This document shows positions 36,647 through 45,430 of a DNA stretch of 64,000 bases, in pieces (position 1 is the stretch's first letter; each line of letters begins with the position of its first letter). The position numbers and the translations under genes are program-made. Source of the stretch: Sedimentisphaerales bacterium (GTDB taxonomy: Bacteria; Planctomycetota; Phycisphaerae; Sedimentisphaerales; UBA12454); NCBI GenBank assembly GCA_050014075.1, contig JBEKEA010000003.1:22638-86637 (forward strand), read 5' to 3'. Below the pieces are notes generated by a model that saw only the letters and a list, made by a program, of their open reading frames with translations, was not told the origin of the DNA and did no database searches.

Positions 36647-37636
36647 TTAAACTGCATATTTATCCGAGTCATAGAGTTGATGAAACTCGGAAATCCAAGA
36701 TATCGTTTTTTTTAGTCCTTCATCAAGACCTATTTTGGGTTCCCAGCCAAGCAAGGCTTTTGCCTTAGAATTATCTGCACAAAGCCTTTGAACCTCACTT
36801 GAAGCCGAGCGGATTCGCTCTTCTGTGCAAATTACTTTGATTTTTTTGCCCATAAGTGCAACTATTTTATTTGCCAAATCACCTATACTGATTTCAATAT
36901 CCGTGCCAATATTTATTACATTACCAATAGATTTATCTGATTCCGCTATCTTAATAAAACCATCCACTATGTCAGATACATATGTAAAGGACCGTGTAGG
37001 AGAAAGACTGCCCAATTGTATATCATTTTTTTTCAAGGCTTGAGTAATAATGGTGGGGATTATAGCCCTCATAGACTGCCTAGGACCAAAAGTATTAAAA
37101 GGGCGAATAATTGCGAAAGGACAACCAAAGGCTTTAACAAAACTCATGGCAAGAGCATCAGCTCCAACCTTGCTGGCAGAATATGGGGATTGCGACTGTA
37201 TAGGATGATTTTCATCTATGGGAACATACTGAGCTGTTCCATATACCTCACTAGTTGAAGTGTGAACGACTTTTTCGATGTTCATTTCTCTTGCGGCTGT
37301 AAAAATATTCAACGAGCCCATCAGATTGGTTTCTACTACTTCTCTTGGGTGAATATAGGAATAGGGAATACCTATGGAAGCCGCCAAATGAAATACTATC
37401 TCCATACCTTTTACCGCTTGTTCTACAGAAACAAGCTCTGTTATGTCTCCTGATATGATCTCTATAGATTTTTTGATTTCAGAAGAAAGGCAGCCGATAC
37501 ATCCCATATTGCTTCTGGAGTTGTATCGGATAAAAGCTCTAACATTAGCCCCTTCAGCGCATAGTCGCTCAATTAAGTGACTGCCGATAAATCCGCCACC
37601 GCCTGTAACAAGAACCTTTTTATTTTTCCAGTTCAT
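36647..37636 (-). CDS. NDP-hexose 4,6-dehydratase-like extended SDR
   Basis: 329-aa ORF. VLVTGGGGFIGSHL, TSTSEVYG and PYSASKVGAD (Y-x3-K), resembling RmlB-type dehydratases. Confidence 0.75.
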   Translation of the reverse strand: MNWKNKKVLVTGGGGFIGSHLIERLCAEGANVRAFIRYNSRSNMGCIGCLSSEIKKSIEIISGDITELVSVEQAVKGMEIVFHLAASIGIPYSYIHPREVVETNLMGSLNIFTAAREMNIEKVVHTSTSEVYGTAQYVPIDENHPIQSQSPYSASKVGADALAMSFVKAFGCPFAIIRPFNTFGPRQSMRAIIPTIITQALKKNDIQLGSLSPTRSFTYVSDIVDGFIKIAESDKSIGNVINIGTDIEISIGDLANKIVALMGKKIKVICTEERIRSASSEVQRLCADNSKAKALLGWEPKIGLDEGLKKTISWISEFHQLYDSDKYAV

Positions 37637-37658
37637 TATCTTTTCGCTTTCAAATATA

Positions 37659-38837
37659 TTAGAAATTAATGCCTTGATTATTATTACCGACTTCCTGGTA
37701 TATACTCAACAGATTTCTGGCTGCTTTTTCCCAGGAAAATATTTTTGCTCTCTCGAGGCCTTTTTTAATCATTTCACTTCTTAATTGCTTATCACTTATT
37801 ACTCTATAGCAGGCCGATACCGCCTCTTCTACACTCGCACTATTAACCACCAGCCCTGCCTCACCAGCTATCTCAGGGAGGGCTTCGCTATTTGAAGTTA
37901 CTACTGGCACACCAGAAGCCATAGCCTCTATTAAAGGAATCCCAAAAGCTTCGGCAAAGGAAAGGAACAATAATAAATCCGCCGAAGAATACAGAATATA
38001 TAAAATTTCTTTGGGCACATTTCCCAAAATGAGAACATTATCCTCTTCGTTTAACTCTTTTATGATATTTTTGACTTCTGCGAAATACTCATAGTCGATG
38101 ATTGGACCAGTTAATACAAACTGATGCGGTACATTATATTTTTCTCTCAAAACGTGGAAGACTTTAATCATTGTCTCGATATTTTTAAGTCGCCTAAAGG
38201 CTGAAGCAGATAATATGTAAGGTTTTTTAATTCCTAATTGCGCGATTTTGCTCGGGGTTTCCGCTGTAGAGGAAGACACTTTAAATTGTTCGTCCACTCC
38301 ACAATAAACCACCTTAATCTTATCTGAAGGAGAATTTGTATATTTTCCAATTTGTTTTTTCTCATATTCAGATATACATATAACCTTTTTTGCTTTTTGG
38401 ACGGATTTTGTCATTGCGTAATTAAAATAAACTCTCCTGCAGTAGGGGGTAAATAACTGAGGCTGAGTAAAATTTACCATACATAAAATGGACACAACTA
38501 ACGGACAGGGCGAGTAAAACGGGGACAGGTTCCCCATAGAGTGCACCAAGTGAAGTTTGTTTTTTCGGGCAATCCATGGTATGATTACCTGCTGTCCAAT
38601 AATTCTATAAGCAGTTCTACTATTGAATTTATTCATCTCAACCAGAAAAAAGTTCTTGCCAAGTGATTTTACAAACTCAGAATAACTGGGATGACAAAAA
38701 ACATAATATTCATTTTTCCGGTCAATCTGCGACAAATTCTTCAACAAATTATCTACGCAACGTTCCCCACCACCAGATTCATTTCTAACAACAGGTAAAG
38801 TATCAATTCCAATTCTTAATATTTTTTCATAAGTCAT
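37659..38837 (-). CDS. glycosyltransferase family 4 (GT-B)
   Basis: 392-aa ORF. The C-terminal SFAEAFGIPLIEAMASGVPVVTS is typical of GT1/GT4 retaining transferases. Confidence 0.8.
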   Translation of the reverse strand: MTYEKILRIGIDTLPVVRNESGGGERCVDNLLKNLSQIDRKNEYYVFCHPSYSEFVKSLGKNFFLVEMNKFNSRTAYRIIGQQVIIPWIARKNKLHLVHSMGNLSPFYSPCPLVVSILCMVNFTQPQLFTPYCRRVYFNYAMTKSVQKAKKVICISEYEKKQIGKYTNSPSDKIKVVYCGVDEQFKVSSSTAETPSKIAQLGIKKPYILSASAFRRLKNIETMIKVFHVLREKYNVPHQFVLTGPIIDYEYFAEVKNIIKELNEEDNVLILGNVPKEILYILYSSADLLLFLSFAEAFGIPLIEAMASGVPVVTSNSEALPEIAGEAGLVVNSASVEEAVSACYRVISDKQLRSEMIKKGLERAKIFSWEKAARNLLSIYQEVGNNNQGINF

Positions 38838-39047
38838 TCTTAGATTTGTCTTTACAATTCTTTATGAATGTCGACTTATCAAAAACCACTTTTAAGCTCT
38901 TTCATAGCTTCATCGTTATCCACAATAGTAATGTTTACCATACCTTATGCCATTTATTCACTATTTAAATTAACATTTACAGATTTCTTTCAAACCGCAC
39001 TTTACAAAAAAAATAACGGTTAGTCCAGATATTATAGCAGAACTCCT

Positions 39048-40049
39048 TCATAAAAAACGAGAAAGTTTGCTTACCATAAAAGGGAAAAAGCCCTTGCCTA
39101 CCATTTCAAACTCTCCGGCTAACGTATATTCCCTGCCGCCCAGACCTTTTTTGAAATGAGCAACACCTGGAGTCATCTTGTCATCTATACCCCCCAAATC
39201 GAACCATCTATAGCCCTGATTTTTGCAATTTATCACAGCCTGCCACAACAAAAAATAGTTGGCCTGCAAATCTCTTCCTTCCTTGCTATTCCAGCCTACC
39301 AGATAGGTGCAGCTATTACCGTGACCAATAATAAGAATCCCCGCAATTCTCCGCATATTTTTTCGAGCAAAAGATATCTGAATTTGTTTATTATAGTTAA
39401 ACTGCTGACTCAACTCGATCAGAATCTTTTCTGAAATTCCCGAAAATCCCTTCTCTTTTTGAAAAATACGATATTTTTCTATAAGAAAATTCATTGTTTC
39501 TTCAGAAGAGACCTCTTCCAATTCTAATCCCATTTTTTGGGATTTACGAAGCAGATTACGCCACTTGCCATGGAGGTTTTCAAACAATAAATCCTCCTCC
39601 AACAATAAATCTATAACCACAGAAGACCAAAAAGGCGAATTCAAAGGATGGAACCTGGCGATGTCTGACATGGTATCAAAATTATGTTTATTTTCAATTT
39701 CAGGAGCAATTCTAAGATAACACTTTTTATCATCAACAATATTTTTAAATATTGTTTGCATAGTTTCCCCCATTATCTTTTCTGAGCATTCACTATTATA
39801 AACTCTATCAAAAAATAAAGGGCCACGATTAATACGCACTACTCTGCCAATTAATGGCAGAGTTTTAGTTAGAACTTGTACTATTCCCAGCATTTGATCA
39901 TTATCTAATATAACATATCTGCAAGGATCCCAATGTTCTACAATTCGCTTAGCCTCGCCATACTCCCAGGTCTGGAGAAGGTTTGCCTTGTTGCATTTTT
40001 TCAGCAAATCAGACCATTGTGTATATTTTACTTCTTCTAAGGTATACAT
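39048..40049 (-). CDS. FemAB-family / GNAT-fold acyl(aminoacyl)transferase-like protein
   Basis: 333-aa ORF. LLQTWEYGEAK...GIVQVL...RINRGPLF and the C-terminal YLVGWNS...ANYFLLWQAV...GYRWFDLGG resemble FemAB-related EPS-locus proteins. Confidence 0.55.
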   Translation of the reverse strand: MYTLEEVKYTQWSDLLKKCNKANLLQTWEYGEAKRIVEHWDPCRYVILDNDQMLGIVQVLTKTLPLIGRVVRINRGPLFFDRVYNSECSEKIMGETMQTIFKNIVDDKKCYLRIAPEIENKHNFDTMSDIARFHPLNSPFWSSVVIDLLLEEDLLFENLHGKWRNLLRKSQKMGLELEEVSSEETMNFLIEKYRIFQKEKGFSGISEKILIELSQQFNYNKQIQISFARKNMRRIAGILIIGHGNSCTYLVGWNSKEGRDLQANYFLLWQAVINCKNQGYRWFDLGGIDDKMTPGVAHFKKGLGGREYTLAGEFEMVGKGFFPFMVSKLSRFL

Positions 40050-40090
40050 AAATAATCCATCAGATTATATTCAGCACAATACATAGATTT

Positions 40091-40960
40091 TCAATCATTA
40101 TCTCTCTGCGCTATCTTAATAAAGTCATTAAGCACTTTTGTTTTTTTACGATAAAGCCACGACAATCCGTTCTCAACCTGAAATCTAAGATAAGCCACTG
40201 GATCATCGAGATCAACAGGATCCCTGAGAATACCCATGGGGTGCGTCAAAGAAGTATTTAAACCCCGTACTCCGGAAAAACAATATTTATACCGCTTTTG
40301 AATTTGCGTAATTACCTTTGGACAAATACTTTCAATGTCACCGAAAGGATATGCAAAGTCATAAATATTTGTACCCAGTTTTTCCCTCAGAATACTCCCA
40401 CTCTTAACAATTTCCGACACAGAAAAATTTTCTGTTAGTCGAGAATGGTTGAGTGAATGAGAACCAATAGAATGGCCGTTGTCCTGTAACCATAAAAGAT
40501 CCTGCCAACTCATTGGAGCATATTCCGGCCCTAATTGCTGGACTTGTTTTTTACCATTAAACATTCTATTTGAAGCAAAAAGCTTCCATTGCTGCTCATC
40601 AGACAATCCAATAAAATTTACTGTTACAAAAAACAAAGCCTTTATCCCTAACGGTCCAAGTGCCTTCTCTGCAGCAATTCTGCTGGATAAAAAACCATCG
40701 TCAAAACTCAAAAGCAGATTTAATCCGCTTAATTGCATATTTCCTGCCATAAACGTATGGAATTGTTCCGGAGTTATAAAAGTATAGTTATTATGTAAAC
40801 ACTTTATATGCTCACAGAATCTGCTTAATTTAACTCCAGGAATATCATGATAAACAAGAACCTTAACGAATCCTTTATTGCCGCCACCAAAACATCCCAA
40901 CACCTTTCTCCGGAATCTGAGTATATTATGTACTTTTCCAAAACTATAGCGAAGTTTCAT
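40091..40960 (-). CDS. polysaccharide deacetylase (NodB homology domain, CE4)
   Basis: 289-aa ORF. LLSFDDGF (the D-D metal/catalytic motif) and GSHSLNH (the H-x4-H motif). Confidence 0.8.
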   Translation of the reverse strand: MKLRYSFGKVHNILRFRRKVLGCFGGGNKGFVKVLVYHDIPGVKLSRFCEHIKCLHNNYTFITPEQFHTFMAGNMQLSGLNLLLSFDDGFLSSRIAAEKALGPLGIKALFFVTVNFIGLSDEQQWKLFASNRMFNGKKQVQQLGPEYAPMSWQDLLWLQDNGHSIGSHSLNHSRLTENFSVSEIVKSGSILREKLGTNIYDFAYPFGDIESICPKVITQIQKRYKYCFSGVRGLNTSLTHPMGILRDPVDLDDPVAYLRFQVENGLSWLYRKKTKVLNDFIKIAQRDND

Positions 40961-40989
40961 TTATCTATTCCCGGGCATCAAATACAATT

Positions 40990-42117
40990 TTACAACAAGT
41001 TGATAACTTCTCGTGCCATATTTTCTGACTGAGATTCCGTTATGTCCTGGTGCACCGGCAAGGTCAAAATCTCTTTTCGCAGGGTATTAGCTACTGGAAA
41101 GTCAGAAGCATTAAGCACTTCCGGACTTAAATCAGGCCATGGATAAGCTGGTATTCCCCGGCGATTCAACAAGGTCATTATTTCCGCAGTACGACCGTTC
41201 CGAATTCGCAAGGGATATAAATATGGCCCGAACTTTTCCGGAAGAATCGGAAAAAGGTGCTCTGCGATAAAATTCCCCTCAGGAAAAAAACTGTTTAAAC
41301 AGCGGAAATTTCGTTCTCTAATAACTCTGCATTGTTCTAACTTGCTTTCAAGTTGTGTTATAATCGCGATAAACGGCGAAGAGCATAAAGAACCGCCCAA
41401 AAATGGTGATAAGCCGTCTTTTACAAAAATTTTCTTGTCTATTTTTCTTAAACCGTGCAGAGACAGCTTCATTCGTCCTGCTAACGTGTATGTTACTCTC
41501 TTTGCCAACCATTTCCAAAAGTCAATTGAATAACCTTTTTTATGGCTGGAATCCCCAAGAACACCTTTTAATTTTTGCGGCAGTACAAGTAACGCACCTT
41601 CAAGGAGATTAAAAAACTTCCACGGTGTATAGATAACAGGACAGCTATGACCTCCAATCCCCGGCACTGGAGTTATTGTATGTGCGGCATCTTCAACCAA
41701 CAGCACTCTATGCTCATCGCACCAACTTAATGCAGGCTTCAGGTTTAAAGGTATTCCGAAATAATGAACGAACAGTAAAATATCAGGTTTGGCCTGTGTC
41801 TTAATAATAGTATTTAAATGATCGATGTCAGGTTCTAATTGGGAATTAATCTTATAAAAACACAATTTAATACCAGATTTTCGCAATGGCGTTAAAGAAA
41901 TATTACAGAAATATTCAGGTATTAAAACTATTCTATTTGTTACAGTTTTGGATTTAATAAACTCCAGAACCAGCTCATTGAGGGCCCATCTTCCTTTTGA
42001 AAACCATAAAATTTGATCGTCAGGCAAATCTTGCCATATCCGACCTGCATATGAAACATGCCTAAAAGCCGAGATTGCCTGAGACATATCTAAAAATGGT
42101 GATGTAGGAATATACAT
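40990..42117 (-). CDS. DegT/DnrJ/EryC1-like PLP-dependent enzyme (divergent)
   Basis: 375-aa ORF. LLVEDAAHT and YTPWKFFNLLEGALLV (candidate PLP Lys) follow the fold-type I sugar aminotransferase layout. Divergent. Confidence 0.5.
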   Translation of the reverse strand: MYIPTSPFLDMSQAISAFRHVSYAGRIWQDLPDDQILWFSKGRWALNELVLEFIKSKTVTNRIVLIPEYFCNISLTPLRKSGIKLCFYKINSQLEPDIDHLNTIIKTQAKPDILLFVHYFGIPLNLKPALSWCDEHRVLLVEDAAHTITPVPGIGGHSCPVIYTPWKFFNLLEGALLVLPQKLKGVLGDSSHKKGYSIDFWKWLAKRVTYTLAGRMKLSLHGLRKIDKKIFVKDGLSPFLGGSLCSSPFIAIITQLESKLEQCRVIRERNFRCLNSFFPEGNFIAEHLFPILPEKFGPYLYPLRIRNGRTAEIMTLLNRRGIPAYPWPDLSPEVLNASDFPVANTLRKEILTLPVHQDITESQSENMAREVINLL

Positions 42118-42147
42118 AATGTTTTTAAAAGGCTTTAAATCTCAGCA

Positions 42148-43596
42148 CTATTCTTTGCTCTTATGCAGCATACCATCGGTCAGGAACTTTTTGGAAAAAG
42201 ATAACACGCCATTTGCAAACTTGATTAAATCAAACGGCGACTTTATATCTTTAATCTTTGAACAGATTATCTTCGGTCTCAAGTAAAATTTTCTGTGAGC
42301 CAGCTTTCTATAAGCAATCAACTCTTCTTGCGTAAAACCTTCAGGTATAAAAGCACCGACACAATAGCCCCCCATACTATCCCAACTTTCCTTGAACTGG
42401 CCATATTTTTCTGCAATCCCATAAAATGGCGAGCCGGGGTAGGGTGTAAAAAATGTAAGTCCGAAATCCTGTATATCCAACTTTAACATAAAATTTATAG
42501 TCTGCATAATGGTTTCTTTTGTTTCCGTCGGGTGACCCAATATAAAAAACCCCTTAACCTTTATTCCCACCTCTTTAGCCAGAGTTACTGCTTTTTCAAC
42601 CTGCTCTAAGGTAATCCCTTTCTTTATAAAGTCCAATATCTCCTGAGAACCGGATTCTATACCAAAGGCAATCTGCCAAAATCCGGCCCTTTTTAGCTTA
42701 ACCATTAATTCTCTGTCAATGTTATTTACCCTCGCATCACAAGAAAACGTCAAATCCCATTTTCGCTTAATCAACTCATCACAAATTATATGAGTTCTTT
42801 TCTTAAGGCTTAGAAATGAATCATCGTTTATCTGGATATCTCGTATTCCATATTTATTATACAAAATACCAATCATCTCCAGCACATATTCCGTATCAAA
42901 TGCCCGAACACGCTCGCCTGTTACACTCTTATCGCAAAAAATACATTTACCATAACACCCACGGCTCGTTATTATATGATTAGAGGGCAATCTGCCGGTG
43001 CTCATATAATTCGGCCTATAATGCTTAGAGATGTCCGGTAACAAATGCCACGCAGGAAAAGGCAAGGTGTTAAGGTCGGCAATATATTCCCGCGGCTCTG
43101 TAAATACGATTCTTTCGCCATTCCTATATATTATTCCTTTGACATTATTCAAGTCCCGGCTTTTATCCAGTGCTTCGAGCAGTTCCAGAATAGTTACCTC
43201 GCCTTCTTTAACCACACCAATATCAAAAGACTTAAATACTTCCATTGTTTTAACAGGCGCACCGCTTACATGTGCTCCTCCGATAATAATAGGTGGATCA
43301 TACTCAGCTTTTAACCGGTTTGCCACTTTGGCAGCAAAATTAATTGTCGGTGTTGTAGCTGTAATACCTACGTAACGAGGTTTATACTTTATTGTTTCAT
43401 TGCAACATTGTTCTACATCCATCCCCAAAGCTTTAGAATCAATATATTTAACGCTGTAGCCTTGTTTTGCAATTACAGCCGCTATACTAAGCAAGCCTAA
43501 ATGGGGCAACAAGGCGGTTTTACATAAACCGGCCGTGTTTTTCTGCTTATATAATACATCCGGCGGGTCTATAAGTACGATATCAGTTCCACTCAT
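42148..43596 (-). CDS. B12-binding-domain radical SAM enzyme
   Basis: 482-aa ORF. N-terminal B12-binding-like domain (YVGITATTP...IIIGGAHVS) and radical SAM cluster SRGCYGKCIFC. Confidence 0.85.
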   Translation of the reverse strand: MSGTDIVLIDPPDVLYKQKNTAGLCKTALLPHLGLLSIAAVIAKQGYSVKYIDSKALGMDVEQCCNETIKYKPRYVGITATTPTINFAAKVANRLKAEYDPPIIIGGAHVSGAPVKTMEVFKSFDIGVVKEGEVTILELLEALDKSRDLNNVKGIIYRNGERIVFTEPREYIADLNTLPFPAWHLLPDISKHYRPNYMSTGRLPSNHIITSRGCYGKCIFCDKSVTGERVRAFDTEYVLEMIGILYNKYGIRDIQINDDSFLSLKKRTHIICDELIKRKWDLTFSCDARVNNIDRELMVKLKRAGFWQIAFGIESGSQEILDFIKKGITLEQVEKAVTLAKEVGIKVKGFFILGHPTETKETIMQTINFMLKLDIQDFGLTFFTPYPGSPFYGIAEKYGQFKESWDSMGGYCVGAFIPEGFTQEELIAYRKLAHRKFYLRPKIICSKIKDIKSPFDLIKFANGVLSFSKKFLTDGMLHKSKE

Positions 43597-43707
43597 AGTA
43601 TTACCGCTGCACCTTATATAAAAAAACGCTTAATCTGCCGCCAACGTATTTGGAAAGAATACAATTATATTTTTCTGTAGCGTTCATATAATCTATCACA
43701 ATATGTC

Positions 43708-44634
43708 CTATGCCTTTTGTGCCTTTGGGACCAACAGTCGCCCTTGCGGTATATAAAATATATGAGCATTATGATTACACTCATTCGGTATCCCTGGCAG
43801 TTCCATATCCCCTTTGTTCTCCAGATTTTTGAGGTTTCTATAATAATGATTCCAGCTATTCAATCGATCGCCATTTATTTTATCCGCCATTCCGAGTTGC
43901 GCATAAAGAAAAGCGGCATTCATATCACTTGGTAAATATGATGAACCTACATTTTGCCAACTATATTTATCGACCTCACCTCGGAAGAACTCAGAACGAT
44001 CCGTGCCTTTTTCCCTTATTACTTCAGCCGCCCTAATAAATTTCTCATCATTTAGCAATATTGCCCCGCCTTCTCCGCATTGATAATTTTTTGATTCATG
44101 AAAGCTGTAACATCCTATGTCTCCTATAGTTCCCAACATTTTTTTCTTATAGGTAGCCTTAAGACTTTGTGCAGCATCTTCCACAACAAAAAGATTATAT
44201 TTTTTCTTTATGGCCATTATGACATCCATTTCACATCCAACCCCTGCATAATGAACCGGAATTATGGCTTTTGTTTTTGGAGTAATAGCCTGCTCGATAA
44301 GATTCTCATTTATATTCATGGTGTCCGGGCGTATATCTATAAACACTATCTTGGCGCCTCTTAATGCAAAAGCATTTGCAGTCGACGAAAAAGTATATGA
44401 AGGCATAATCACTTCATCCCCTTGACGGATATCTATCAAAAGCGCTGCCATCTCAAGAGCATGGGTGCATGATGTTGTCAAAAAGGCTTTTTTGGTCTTG
44501 GTATGTCCTTCCAGCCATAAGTTGCATCTTTTAGTAAAATTATGATCACCGGACAATTCGCCGCTTGATATAACTTCTTTTATATACCTTGCTGCATTAA
44601 CCGGAATTACAGGTTTATTAAAAGGTATTGCCAT
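43708..44634 (-). CDS. WecE/DegT-type sugar aminotransferase, apparently C-terminally truncated
   Basis: Start placed at Met16 (AAGGA RBS). MAIPFNKP...TSCTHALEMAALL...MPSYTFSSTANAF...VEDAAQS...SFHESKNYQCGEGG...NAHIFYI closely follows WecE-like enzymes. The frame then ends about 60-70 aa earlier than typical family members. Confidence 0.65.
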   Translation of the reverse strand: MAIPFNKPVIPVNAARYIKEVISSGELSGDHNFTKRCNLWLEGHTKTKKAFLTTSCTHALEMAALLIDIRQGDEVIMPSYTFSSTANAFALRGAKIVFIDIRPDTMNINENLIEQAITPKTKAIIPVHYAGVGCEMDVIMAIKKKYNLFVVEDAAQSLKATYKKKMLGTIGDIGCYSFHESKNYQCGEGGAILLNDEKFIRAAEVIREKGTDRSEFFRGEVDKYSWQNVGSSYLPSDMNAAFLYAQLGMADKINGDRLNSWNHYYRNLKNLENKGDMELPGIPNECNHNAHIFYIPQGRLLVPKAQKA

Positions 44635-44665
44635 CTTATTTTCCTTTGCCTGTACACGATAGCTG

Positions 44666-45385
44666 TCAAGAGATCTCAATAGCCACCTCTTTGTAAAATT
44701 TCGTCATCGCTAATACTTTATACTTCTTTGCAAAAGAAGATGTATAATCAAGAAAGGCACTGAATTCGTGGTTTACAGAGAAAAATTCATCAAAAATGAT
44801 TATGGTTTGAGGTTCGATCAAATCGTTCAGAGACGTTAAAACAAACAATGTTGCTGTATAAAGATCAGCATCAAGATGTATTATCAAACGATCTGCCTTT
44901 TTCTTAAATGTAGCCAAAAACTCCGGCAAAGACTCTTGAAAATACCCTTTTATAAAACAAACCCTTTTGTCATCAATATCCGGAGTTTTTCCGTTCGTTG
45001 AAAACGAACCTACCGGCAATGATTTTAAAAATGTATATTTGTATGTTTCAGGAAGACCTTCAAACGAGTCAAACCCAAAGAACCTCGAGTCGTTATTAGT
45101 ATTAATCCCCGCTCATTGCTTTATTGAATCACCCTTATAAACACCAAATTCCAAATAATCAATACAACCCTTATTTATCACTTCATTATTCAAATATTTA
45201 TACAATTCATATCTGTCTTTAAATAATTTAACCGGTTTATCCTTTTTTAGAAACTGCCCAAATTTGATGAGACCATTAATTTCATCCAAGAAATAAGAGT
45301 GAGTTAATCCTAATCGTGAAACTATTCCAACAAGTATTGTAAAAAGTTTTCTTAAAATTATATTATTCTTAAATTCAGTTTTCAC
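44666..45385 (-). pseudogene. TylF/MycF-like class I SAM methyltransferase interrupted by one in-frame TGA
   Basis: ORFs 45113..45385 and 44666..45019 are in the same frame. Translating through the TGA at 45113..45115 gives ...[49 protein letters not shown]...IHLDADLYTATLFVL...IIIFDEF, one continuous methyltransferase. Confidence 0.75.
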
Positions 45386-45430
45386 AGAAAATTCCGCTTT
45401 AAATGTGTGGACATTATCTTAAATTACATC

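Noticed and set aside
45113-45115. The in-frame TGA in the methyltransferase read as selenocysteine, or as evidence for an alternative genetic code (TGA = Trp/Gly).
   Set aside because: TGA clearly terminates several well-supported genes here: the ECF sigma gene (12909..12911), the pseudopilin gene (11217..11219), the GT-C protein gene (25686..25688) and the bi-domain oxidoreductase gene (31176..31178). I saw no SECIS-like hairpin. A nonsense mutation or a sequencing error is more parsimonious.
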